A program made the position numbers and the translations under genes. Under the pieces are notes generated by a model that saw nothing but the letters and a program-made list of their open reading frames with translations, ran no database searches and was not told the DNA's origin. From positions 372,001 through 436,000 of the forward strand of contig NC_134027.1 in NCBI RefSeq assembly GCF_964204645.1: 64,000 nucleotides of DNA, given 5' to 3'. Source of the stretch: Tubulanus polymorphus (lineage: Eukaryota > Animalia > Nemertea). Below, piece by piece: positions 1-10,900 of the stretch. Position 1 is the stretch's first letter, and each line of letters opens with the position of its first letter.

Positions 1-37
1 AGCTGCAATTTATCCACAACTGTTTTCCACGAGCTAT
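1..37 (-). CDS. NICN1: Nicolin-1 coding exon 3 (partial, runs off the window)
   Basis: tttag acceptor, (D)SSWKTVVDKLQL in phase; matches NICN1 AKWVTCLRDYCLMP. Confidence 0.75.
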   Translation of the reverse strand, partial: MARGKQLWINCS

Positions 38-118
38 CTAAAATTAGGTAAGACATGTCATTCTATTAACAACTCAGTAATGTGATTGAGTTGGATCAAT
101 ACAGATTGAATACTTTAC

Positions 119-203
119 CAGCATCGATATTATTAGAAGTTTTCTCTTTTGCTTTAATAGTTAGAAATGCTGTGTAATAATTCTTGAAATGAATTTCTCC
201 AAC
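119..203 (-). CDS. NICN1: Nicolin-1 coding exon 2
   Basis: AG acceptor, VGEIHFKNYYTAFLTIKAKEKTSNNIDA, phase-1 GT donor; matches NICN1 LQEITFKNYYTAFLSI. Confidence 0.9.
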
Positions 204-230
204 CTTGAAAATATGAATACATCAATCACT

Positions 231-760
231 ACTGAATCACAGGTAAGATAAGGGGAGTGGGGAGAGTGATAGAGACTGAATCACAGGTAAGATAAGGAGA
301 GTGGGGAGAGTGATAGAGACTGAATCACAGGTAAGATAAGGGGAGTGGGGAGAGTGATAGAGACTGAATCACAGGTAAGATAAGGGGAGTGGGGAGAGTG
401 ATAGAGACTGAATCACAGGTAAGATAAGGGGAGTGGGGAGAGTGATAGAGACTGAATCACAGGTAAGATAAGGGGAGTGGGGAGAGTGATAGAGACTGAA
501 TCACAGGTAAGATAAGGGGAGTGGGGAGAGTGATAGAGACTGAATCACAGGTAAGATAAGGGGAGTGGGGAGAGTGATAGAGACTGAATCACAGGTAAGA
601 TAAGGGGAGTGGGGAGAGTGATAGAGACTGAATCACAGGTAAGATAACTGGGGAGAGGGGAGAGTGATAGAGACTGAATCACAGGTAAGATAAGGGGAGA
701 GGGGAGAGTGATAGAGACTGAATCACAGGTAAGATAAGGGGAGTGGGGAGAGTGATAGAG
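231..760. repeat. 44-bp minisatellite, ~12 copies, in NICN1 intron
   Basis: Unit actgaatcacaggtaagataaggggagtggggagagtgatagag at 231, 275, 319 ... 715. Confidence 0.97.
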
Positions 761-919
761 GCCACACTGGTCACTGCAATATCTAACAATTAACATCAAT
801 CTAACAATTAACATTAATTAACATCAATAGTTGAAAATATTTCATTATTATTGAAGAGGTGAACCCGGCTTCCGGCGGCATCGGCAAGCGAGGATAAGAG
901 AGATTCTCGATGTTTTTAC

Positions 920-1048
920 CTCAGTTTTCAGCACGTTAGGAAATTTCACATCAATAACTGATGAGCCACTGCGTAATTCCGTTTTATAATCTCCGATTTT
1001 TATTGTTACCGGGTTTTTAATTATAGCATTAATGTTTTTAGAAGCCAT
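920..1048 (-). CDS. NICN1: Nicolin-1 coding exon 1
   Basis: MASKNINAIIKNPVTIKIGDYKTELRSGSSVIDVKFPNVLKTE then GT donor (gtaaaa); aligns by eye with the human NICN1 N-terminus (VALQVGDVRT..RPGVLVIDVTFP..E). Confidence 0.85.
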
Positions 1049-1800
1049 TATTTACGAGTTATTTCACCCAATAAAATCCCGTAAATATTGCCCGGCTGGT
1101 GCTGCCATCTCCTATAAACACGGCCTGAGTACAAATTCAATCCACACACACACGTACCACAGCCAGTTTCATTTTCCATTTAGCAATAAATATAAATAGA
1201 TTTGAATTAGCTGTGACTTAGTTTTGAATGGATATTTGGTAAATTTGCTGATGATATGTTGACTTGAATTACCCAGAACCGAGTTCAGTACTTAAGTTAA
1301 GAGAATGAATTATTTTATGCTGCTTTAGTTCGTGAAAATATATAAAATTAGTCACTTTTTAACGAGCGAACTTACAATTCAATATCAATTCTGTAAGTTT
1401 ATTGCCCAATTTCAAACGTATTCGGCCGCCCGAAATGAGAAATGCTTGTGTTTTCATGATACGAATAAAGCAATATCACGAAACAGTGATAAATTATATC
1501 ACGAGACAATGTGATAAGTAGTATTTGGTACGCACGTACGCCCACCGACATACTTGGTACTAAGTGATTGGGTTTTCCCCGTCACGCCACTGGTTACGGC
1601 GTAGAATTCTGCGCTGTAAGCTGTGTAGTAAGCTATTTTCTTCTTGAAAACGAAAGTCGGATGAATCCAAGAACAGACTGAAAGCGGTGGCGACAGAGTG
1701 AGAACGGAATATTATAAAGCAATCAACATTTTCACAACGGAACCCTCGATCCGAAAGACCCTGGGAACGTGGGTTCGATGTCTAATTTGATCGAGGAGAG
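1049..1800. promoter_or_regulatory. Putative bidirectional promoter region between NICN1 and the HELZ2-like gene
   Basis: Divergent ATGs at 1048 (-) and 1801 (+), CpG-richer than the flanks; ISRE-like AGTTTCATTTTC at 1165-1176 and GAAAACGAAAGT at 1646-1657; Rel/NF-kB-like GGGTTTTCCCC at 1570-1580. Confidence 0.6.
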
Positions 1801-1932
1801 ATGTTGATGAGTGCTGTGACGACACGTCGAATACGCGGTATACTGCACAGTAACCTACATCTAGTCGAAAACGAAACTGAACCAGAGCACTTACCAAAAG
1901 GAGATCAGGATCCGGCGGAATGGGACGTTGAG
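1801..1932 (+). CDS. HELZ2: HELZ2-like putative first coding exon
   Basis: ATG after an in-frame TAA; MLMSAVTT...AEWDVE then GAG|gttagt; joins in frame via micro-exon 2187-2217 (VKRNVYPYFAG) to 2917. Confidence 0.45.
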
Positions 1933-4900
1933 GTTAGTACAGTGCAACGGGTGCCCTGATTAAACAACTGTTGAATTTATTAAACAATATGTGGTAGGGT
2001 CAGGTCAACTGAAAGATCACAATTGTGGGCCCACCGAATCTACCAATTTGTTACGGCAACTAATGTCTTCTTGCAGTGCCACCCTTTTCTATTTTGACAA
2101 AATTGGGCAAAAACGGGCTCAATATATTTTGAGGGTCTCACAAGAATAATCTAGTCTTGATTTTAATGTTTTACTTTAATTTGCAGGTAAAAAGAAATGT
2201 TTATCCTTATTTTGCAGGTAAAGAAATCAATCATTGATTATCTGTTAATCAATTATATCTAACCATTAATAGATAATTAGATTATTATATTCAATTGTTT
2301 TATAGAATGTTTAAGAGAAGTTTGCAAATGGTAATAGAAATATTGATACTATCACATGGATCTGCGTGAATTGTTGCTATTTGGTGTCATCCTGTTTTGG
2401 GTATCCTCACTTCATGGCTGGGTACTGTTTGGTAATGGCATTTATGGCATTGGTGTATTTGGCATGGTCCTGCTATGCATGGACCTGTTTGGTATGGATG
2501 ACTTTTTGTTGATTCTATCTTTGTAGCATTGTGTTTGCCATGGCCTTACCAGTATTTGTGGTTTTTGTCCTATTGGTCTTAAGTTTAAGCTGTGACTATT
2601 CAACCTGTCCCTGGAGTCTGAACTCTAGTTTTGGTAAAACACCTTGGGCCAGTTGCATAGTCACAGCTTATACTTAGAACCAGTCTAAGACCAACTATAG
2701 CCAATCTAACAACATAAAACCAGTCTTAAGATTTAAGACTACTGTTGAAGTTAAGTCATGACTGTGCAACCAGCCCCTTGGGTCTAAACTCTGGTTTATA
2801 AGTGATTGTTCATTGGGAATTAATAAAGCTTTATATAACCATTAACATCTACTGATTAATCATTTCACTGTCAATGAATATTCAATAATTAATTCAATGT
2901 TTTTAATTGTTTTCAGGCTATACATCCAAACAAAGACAGCGCAGAGAGGAAATAGGTAACAGACGAGAGCAATTTGATATATTGACAGGCATCAAACTGG
3001 AAGAGCTTAAAGAAGTTACCAAACAAGAGCAACCAAAAGAGACAAAAGGCCTAGGTGCCAAACCAAAGCAGCTAAAAGAGAGTAAAGCTGCCAAACCTAA
3101 AAAGGCAAAAGGCGTAGGTGCCAAACCAAAGCAGCTAAAAGAAAGTGAAGCTGCCAAACCTAAAGAGGCAAAAGAGATTGAAGCTGCCAAACCAAAAAAG
3201 GCAAAAGGCGTAGGTGCCAAACCAAAGCAGCTAAAAGAAAGTGAAGCTGCCAAACCAAAGCAGCTAAAAGAAAGTGAAGCTGCCAAACCAAAGCAGCTAA
3301 AAGAAAGTGAAGCTGCCAAACCAAAAGAAGCAAAAGAGACTGAAGCTGCCAAACCCAAAGAGGCAAAAGAGATTGAAGCTGCCAAACCAAAAGAGGCAAA
3401 AGAGACTGAAGCTGCCAAACCTAAAGAGGCAAAAGAGATTGAATCTGCCAAACCAATAGAGGCTGAAGCTGCCAAACCTAAAGAGGCAAAAGAGACTGAA
3501 GCTGCCAAACTAAAAAAGGCAAAGGAGACTGAAGCTGCCAAACCAAAAGAGGCAAAAGAGACTGAAGCTGTCAAACCAAAAGAGGCAAAAGAGACTGAAG
3601 CTGCCAAACCTAAAGAGGCAAAAGAGATTGAATCTGCCAAACCAATAGAGGCTGAAGCTGCCAAACCTAAAGAGGCAAAAGAGACTGAAGCTGCCAAACT
3701 AAAAAAGGCAAAGGAGACTGAAGCTGCCAAACCAAAAGAGGCAAAAGAGACTGAAGCTGTCAAACCTCAAGAGGCAAAAGAGACTGAAGTTGTCAAACCA
3801 AAAGAAGCAAAAGAGACTGAAGCTGCCAAACCAAAAGAGACAAAGGAGATTGAAGCTGCCAAACCTAAAGAGGCAAAAGAGACTGAAGCTGCCAAACCTA
3901 AAGAGGCAAAAGAGACTAAGGCTGCCAAACCAAAAAAGGCAAAAGAGATTGAAGCTGTCAAACCAAAAAAGGCAAAAGAGACTAAGGCTGCCAAACCAAA
4001 AAAGGCAAAAGAGACTGAAGCTGCCAAACCAAAAGAATCTAAAGGTGTAGGTGCCAAACCAAAGCAGGCAATAAAGACAGATTCTACCAAACAAAAGAAT
4101 TCTGAATATGTATCTACAAAAACGGGTACAGAAAATTAATATGTTACTCAAAGAGATCTCTATTTACACCACTGGATCATGAACTAGTTCTTTAGATTCG
4201 TTTCCAATTTGGGATCCTGTTTTACAGAAGTCTAATAGTTTGGAGACAATTTTAAAGTAACGTTAACCTTTTAATTTCAGTAGATCCAACCATCAGAAAT
4301 CAAACATCATCTCTGATTCATCATCCACAGAGTTATTCAACTATTTCAACAATGGCTTCTTTCGCCCCAGGTATAAATCATCAAACCATTAGACTCTAGT
4401 CAATCATTTCCAAAGCAGTAGCTAACCGGAGTTTTGCTGATTGTCCCCTCCCCACTCTCTCAAATGCCCCCTTCTCCTCTCTCTCCCGCATGACTGCGTT
4501 CAATTATGAACTGGAGAAACCAGGCCCCAATGTGATTTTTGTTCCATATTTACATTTTCTATCTGTACAGTTTGGCCGTCAAGGTTGAGTTGTGAGGATG
4601 TCACTGTCTTGGATGATTTTGAGATCTCTCAAATTTTAAACGATGAAAAGACATGGCAAAATGTTCACAGAAAATCAAGACAACAGACAGTATCCGTTAC
4701 CAATAGCAACAGACAATTTCTGCCTGCGCCGCTTGCGAATTATGAGTATCGTTTAGCGTGTGATGTCTGCTTTGTGAAACAGAAAGAAGGAAAAGGTGGC
4801 TGCGAGTTTAAGCCGGACCTGAAACATGTTTGTCAACAAAAATATCTCCTCGTAAGAAACAGAAATCAACAATCAACACGGACCTGGTTGAAAATACGAC

Positions 4901-7900
4901 CGCGACCGACGAACATTCATGAGGTACGTTGTCTAATTATCCCACAAGGTGGCATCACCAGTCACAGTTAAGTTTTATTCGAATCTATTTAATTCATTGA
5001 GAAATTTTGGGAAAGATGTTGGAAAACTGACTTCGCACCTTTCGTGGTCGGTCCTCATACACGGTAGCATAATTAACCATATGGAAGTCTCAGTTCCCAC
5101 TAGCGCCATCTAGTGAACCCTCAATTGCTGCAGTAGCATGGCCAGGTTCATTGCATTATATACAGGTTTAAGGCTTACATTTGATTTTCCCGTTTCTATT
5201 TTAGAGTGGGATCAATAAACCAATGTTGACCTGGCTTAACGAGTTTAAGGTTTGTTCTAATGAACTAGTCGTCTATGTGTAATCATTTCCTCTAATACAT
5301 TCTATGTCTGTGATAAGTCTCTTCTATAGCTTCAGACCTAGGATGAAATAGAATCTTGTTGAGTTTTTTCTTAATGTTACTTTGCAGATTCTATTTTGTC
5401 AATTTTCCATTTTGAATCATGAAACATGGGGAAATTGCGCTTCATTTCCCATTATCATTGCTTATGTTGCAGTTTTTATCTAGGCACATGCCACAGCCTG
5501 CACAATTAATTGGATAAATCTAGTCATGAAATCATAGATCCAGTCACAAAGGTGTCAATTAGATTTGATTGTCGAGTGAAATTAGTCACTCCTTTTTAAT
5601 GTTTTTAACGTTGAATTTTAAATGATCTGTCAAACCTGATCAAGAAATTTAGCTTTTAGATTTGATCCTCACTTCTTCATGTAAGATATATACATTGTAT
5701 TGTCAACTGAATTCATTCATTGTTTATTTACAGACATTTAAAGGAATGTATATATTATGTCAACAAATCCAAGATGGCCGACCATGTTTGAAGGGTGATA
5801 ATAACTGTAGATTCGCCCATTCGGTTGAAGAAATTACGTTCTGGGATAAGGATCGTGTTGGCACATTTAATATCAGTGAATTTATTTCTAGAAACAGACG
5901 AGTTAATGTCAACCAATATAACAACAGCAAGTATTATAGAAATCATTTTTATATATCTGATTGGTTGTCGGTCTTCCATGCGACCCAATTATTCTTTTAC
6001 TGTCTGTCGTTCTGTGCATCTGTCTTTCAGCTACTTAGCTTGGTTAATGGTGGTTTGATCTTGATGAAACAATTTGGGGGTCTAGTTGTGCAGGGCAAAG
6101 AATGGGCCCAGTGCACATCTACTAGCAGTAGGCACTAATTACTTGCAGCGACATTACCTTAAAGATGACCTCATATCTCAGGAACGGGATCTAAATTCAA
6201 AAAGTTATCTTGACAAAATCTAGCTCACTGCCAAAATGCAATGGGAACTAACGAATGTTAAATTTGGAGTTTGAGTTTGAGCCTGAGACCCGTTCGCGTA
6301 TGGTCTGTTTTATCATAATTGTTATCATGGCAATTTTATGATAGTTTCTCATTTGTAATTTACAGATTTCAATAAATCTCCGAGATCAACCGCTTCGTCG
6401 AGACCAGCTTTATTACCAACCCCAGTGACATCTACTTGGCCGTCAGTGACAAATACCAACTACAAAATCGACCAATCAGCAGACGGCTTTCCTTTGAGCG
6501 ATTACGTTTGGAAACTGGTTTGTGAGATATGTTTTAAACCTGGACTGAAATTAGGAGAATGGAATTTACAGAATGTTAAACACAAATGTGGTGAATATTT
6601 ACTCGCTGTGAGGAAACGAACTGATAATAGGTGGCAGCACGTTCGAGAACGCAATAATTTTTTCCAATTTCGGGGTAAATTCTCGTACTGTAATCATTAC
6701 TGTAATGGATTCCCTTGTCAGATTCCTGAAGGAATCCCTGCCTGCCGATTCGTCCATAATGAACCAGAACGCGATCTATGGACTTTAGAGAGAGACACAG
6801 CAGGTACATTCTCAATAAGAGAATTTATATCTACCCACCGCACCAGCACGAGCAGCAGCAGCAGCAGCAGCGCTGACGTCAACCAAATTGAGATATTATT
6901 TGAGAACTATGGAGGAGAGTTGGGGTTTATTTGTTTATATTGTTATTACATGCATCAATTGGTTCATAAGTCTAACAGTAGTGATTTTTGTAACACGGAG
7001 ATGCATGTTTGGTCGGAGAGTCGTATTCTATCACACCGCTCTGTCACTGGAGCAATCACGCTGATATTCCTGCAGCCCTCCGGATGGCGCCACGCGACAC
7101 CATCATTCGAAATGTGTAACAAGATGCACCTGTGTGAGAAGCGTATCCTTGGCAATTGTGTCGATGCGCATAGTCTTATTGAACGTGATTTGTGGAAGTT
7201 GGCGCGAGATTTAAATTTGACGCATGATGAAATAATGACTCGTTGGAGGCAGTTACCCCTACGGGAAAAAATTCCAGAAGGAATGACAACTCCAGGAAGA
7301 ATGACAACTCCTGGAGAAATGACAACTCCAGGAAGAGTAACAACTCCAGGAGGAATGACAACTCTAGGAAGAGTAACAACTCCAGGAGGAATGACAACTC
7401 CGGGAAGAGTAACAACTCCAGGAGGAATGACAACTCCAGGAAGAGTAACAGCTCCAGGAGTTCGATCTGTCAGTACGCCACAAAATGCTTGGTTGAAGAA
7501 ATGTCCGTATCATGTTGTGTTTGTTTGTGAGATTTGTTTAAAGAACGGAATCTTTAACCAGAAACTTCCGAATTCTAATAAATGTCTCGGAGATCACGCG
7601 AATTTCGATATAAATAAAAAAGTGATATCGCTTCCGTCGAAGGTGATTATCAATCCGAAACCGAATATTTCAAACACGAGATTCCTTTTGTGCAACTTAA
7701 TGAATAAAAAGATGAACTGTCAACGTGCGGGTGTTTGTTACTTCGCTCACAATGAGGACGAGAGGTTGATCTGGTCGTGGATGGCTGTTAATAAAATACA
7801 GACTTTAAAGCGATTGGTTGAACTAAGCGTCGAATCGTTTAAACCTCACGAGAAACAATCGACGGCGATTCCAAGGCAGACGTCATCGTCTGGCGTAGAG

Positions 7901-10900
7901 TCGAGATCTAACGTGTTTTACTGTCAGTACTGTACTGTTAGATGTAACAGCTCAACTCAATGGGAAATTCATTGTTCATCCGATACTCATATGTTTAATA
8001 TAAATTCTGATAAAGAACGTCAGTGGAATTATCGTCAACCTCCGTGGGGTGTGTGGCAAGGTCGCTATAGACTCTGTATTCCGTAAGTATCTATTTAGCA
8101 CTTTACAGTTCTAGGTTCTTAAATCTGTCCTTAGAGTCATATGAAACATTAGAAGTGAATGAAATATAAACCAACTGTGGAACTGAGTCAACTGTGGAAC
8201 TCGGTCAACTGTGGAACTGAGTCAACTGTGGAACTGAGTCAACTGTGGAACTGAGTCAACTGTGGAATTGAGTTCTAAAATGAAAGTTTTCCAGTTCCAA
8301 TTCTGAGTTTAAAATCAACTGTGGAACTCGGTCAATTGTGGAACTGAGTCAACTGTGGAACTGAGTCAACTGTGGAACTGAGTAATTGTTTTGTTCGTTG
8401 TTTAAATGAAATTTGAGAGAGTTTTTTATGAATTTATTTGCAGACATTACGCAAGAGAACAGTGTCGATATTCGAATGTAGGCGACATGTACAACAGTTG
8501 TAGATTCGCTCATACGCAAGACGAACTAGACGAATGGAAAGAACGATATAGGTGGCGCCAATTGAAGAAGCAGATGGCTATGAAGAGTGGATTGTACTCG
8601 TATATGGACACATTAACAGAGGAGTATGAACACGCAGAATCAGATATACTTGTCGTAAGTGCCAAATATATTTAGTTTATTTTACTGAACGACTCTGTTC
8701 AACTGTTTTAGGTTTAAATATGATTCGTTGCTGATCTTTCTTCCTTGTTTTTGTTGCAGATCACTGAAAATCTGCCCGATATAAACGTGACCGTTGACAG
8801 TGAACTGAGGGTGTTTAAACAGAAGAAATCTAATAAACATACTTGGTGTTTCCAGATCAAATGTTTGGTAAGTTGTGGTGTCAAGAGTAACCTATAATAG
8901 TTAAGAGAAACGTTATTATGTACTACTCTTGTTGTTTTGTAGAAAGATGTCAAGTTGGAGAAAGTTGCTCTTTTACAAAATAAAGATCGACTTCATTTCT
9001 CTCTTTCTGGACCAGATTTAGACCAAAATTCACAACTCGCTTCTGGTGAAAAATTTCAAGATGAAACAAACAAGGTGCGGAGAATATCATTAACTAATCA
9101 GAACCCAGTTCTACAGTTCTTAGTTCAGCTCCACAGAACTGGACCCAGCACCACAGTTCTGGATCCAGTTCCACAGTTCTGGATCCAGTTCCCCAGTTCA
9201 GGATCCAGTTCCACAGTTCTGGATCCAGTTCCCCAGTTCAGGATTCAGTTCCACAGTTCAGGAACCAGTTCCACAGTTCTGGACCCAGCACCACAGTTCT
9301 GGATCCAGTTCCACAGTTCTGGATCCAGTTCCGCAGTTCAGGATCCAGTTCCCCAGTTCAGGATTCAGTTCCACAGTTACTGGACTCAGTTCCACAGTTC
9401 TGAATCCAGTTCCACAGTTCTGGATCCAGTTCCACAGTTCAGGATCCAGTTCCACAGTTCTGGATCCAGTGCCCCAGTTCAGGATCCAGTTCCACAGTTC
9501 AGGATCCAGTTCCACAGTTCAGGATCCAGTTCCACAGTTCTGGATCCAGTTCCCCAGTTCTGGACCCAGCACCATAGTTCTGGATCCAGTTCCCCAGTTC
9601 AGGGTCCAGTTCCACAGTTCTGGATCCAGTTCTGCAGTTCTGGATCCAGGATCCACAGCTCTGGATCCACTCCACAGTTCAGCTGCATGCAGTTCCACAG
9701 TTTTGAATCCAATTCCACAGTTCTGTATCAGATCATTGTTGAAACTGCTGCTGTTATTTGGTTTTTAATTCCTGTTAGATTTTTTCAATAAATCAGATAT
9801 TGATGATTTCAGGTTGAAGTAAAAGTGAAGTTTCAGGGTGGTATGTTCGGTTCATTCTCTCAATGGTTGATATTTGATTTCGGATCTCGTCCGGTTCTCG
9901 TACGTAAACTACAAGTTGAAGTCGGTTCCAGCGACGTTAATGAGAAAGTGAAGAAAGTCAGAGATAAATTGAAGTTTGAACGTTGGACTTCAGAGAATTG
10001 TGAAATCATTCGCTGTGGACAATGGTTTCAGAGCGTTGTTAATCAAACTGAGTTGAGACGTTACAAGGTACAGCTATAACTATTATCAGTCGTATCAGAG
10101 GTCAGTTTCAAAAGTTAGTTAAGGTTAAAACCAGTGGATAGTTGGCATAGTGACAATTAAAACTTCATTGTTACTTTGTTATTCATCCACCAGTTATCTT
10201 TATCCAACTTTTGAGCAACTGCAGCCTCTGAGCCTGTTTTCTATAGGGTTGAATCTGAACTGATAAACGAGTATACCAGAATTCTTTGCAATGAGGTTCC
10301 GCTAAAATTTGATGATTTTGGGACTCCTTGGTGGCCATCTTGATTCTAAACTGTTTGAATACTTTCAGCCTGCGACTGCAGTAGAAGCTGTCATCAATCA
10401 AGGAGTATTCACTGAAACTCTCAATCAACATAATTACGTTCACAAATTACATCAAATATTACAACTTGAGGAATTTACGAGACACGCCCTTATCTCAAGG
10501 TCAGTTCATTGTTTCGTTTATCTAAGGAAGTCACAACCAGATGGCGTAACTAACAGTCAGTTTTACGGTTCACTTTCTATGAAATCCAAATATTATGGAA
10601 CAAGTCTCATTCGCACTGTCAGTGTTTGGTATAGTTTTCAATGATTATTGATTTCCTCAAAGAGAAGCAAAAATTTGTTTCGATTTTATTATGAGAAGAA
10701 TTTGTTTTATTTTCAGTTTTAATGTGAAAGTGGAAGTTAAATTGTCATCTGAGATTGAAGAGGAAACTCATCTATATTCATATCATAATGAATTATTTGC
10801 TTGTATTCCGCTAGAAGAAGATCTTGTGCCTGATACTGATGCCGGTCACCTCATTCTTACTACAGTCAAGTGAGTTCAAATAGACAGTGATTTTCAGTAA

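Noticed and set aside
848-919. C-terminal part of the 66-aa ORF 848-1048
   Set aside because: Intronic read-through; NICN1 similarity stops at the donor at 919 and resumes at 203
2918-4151. Minus-strand and alternate-frame ORFs (ASVSFASFGL repeats etc.)
   Set aside because: Shadows of the 33-bp coding repeat on the plus strand
9075-9791. Long ORF extension (PVPQFRIQFHSSG repeats)
   Set aside because: Read-through past the AAG|gtgcgg donor at 9074 into a 20-bp intronic minisatellite
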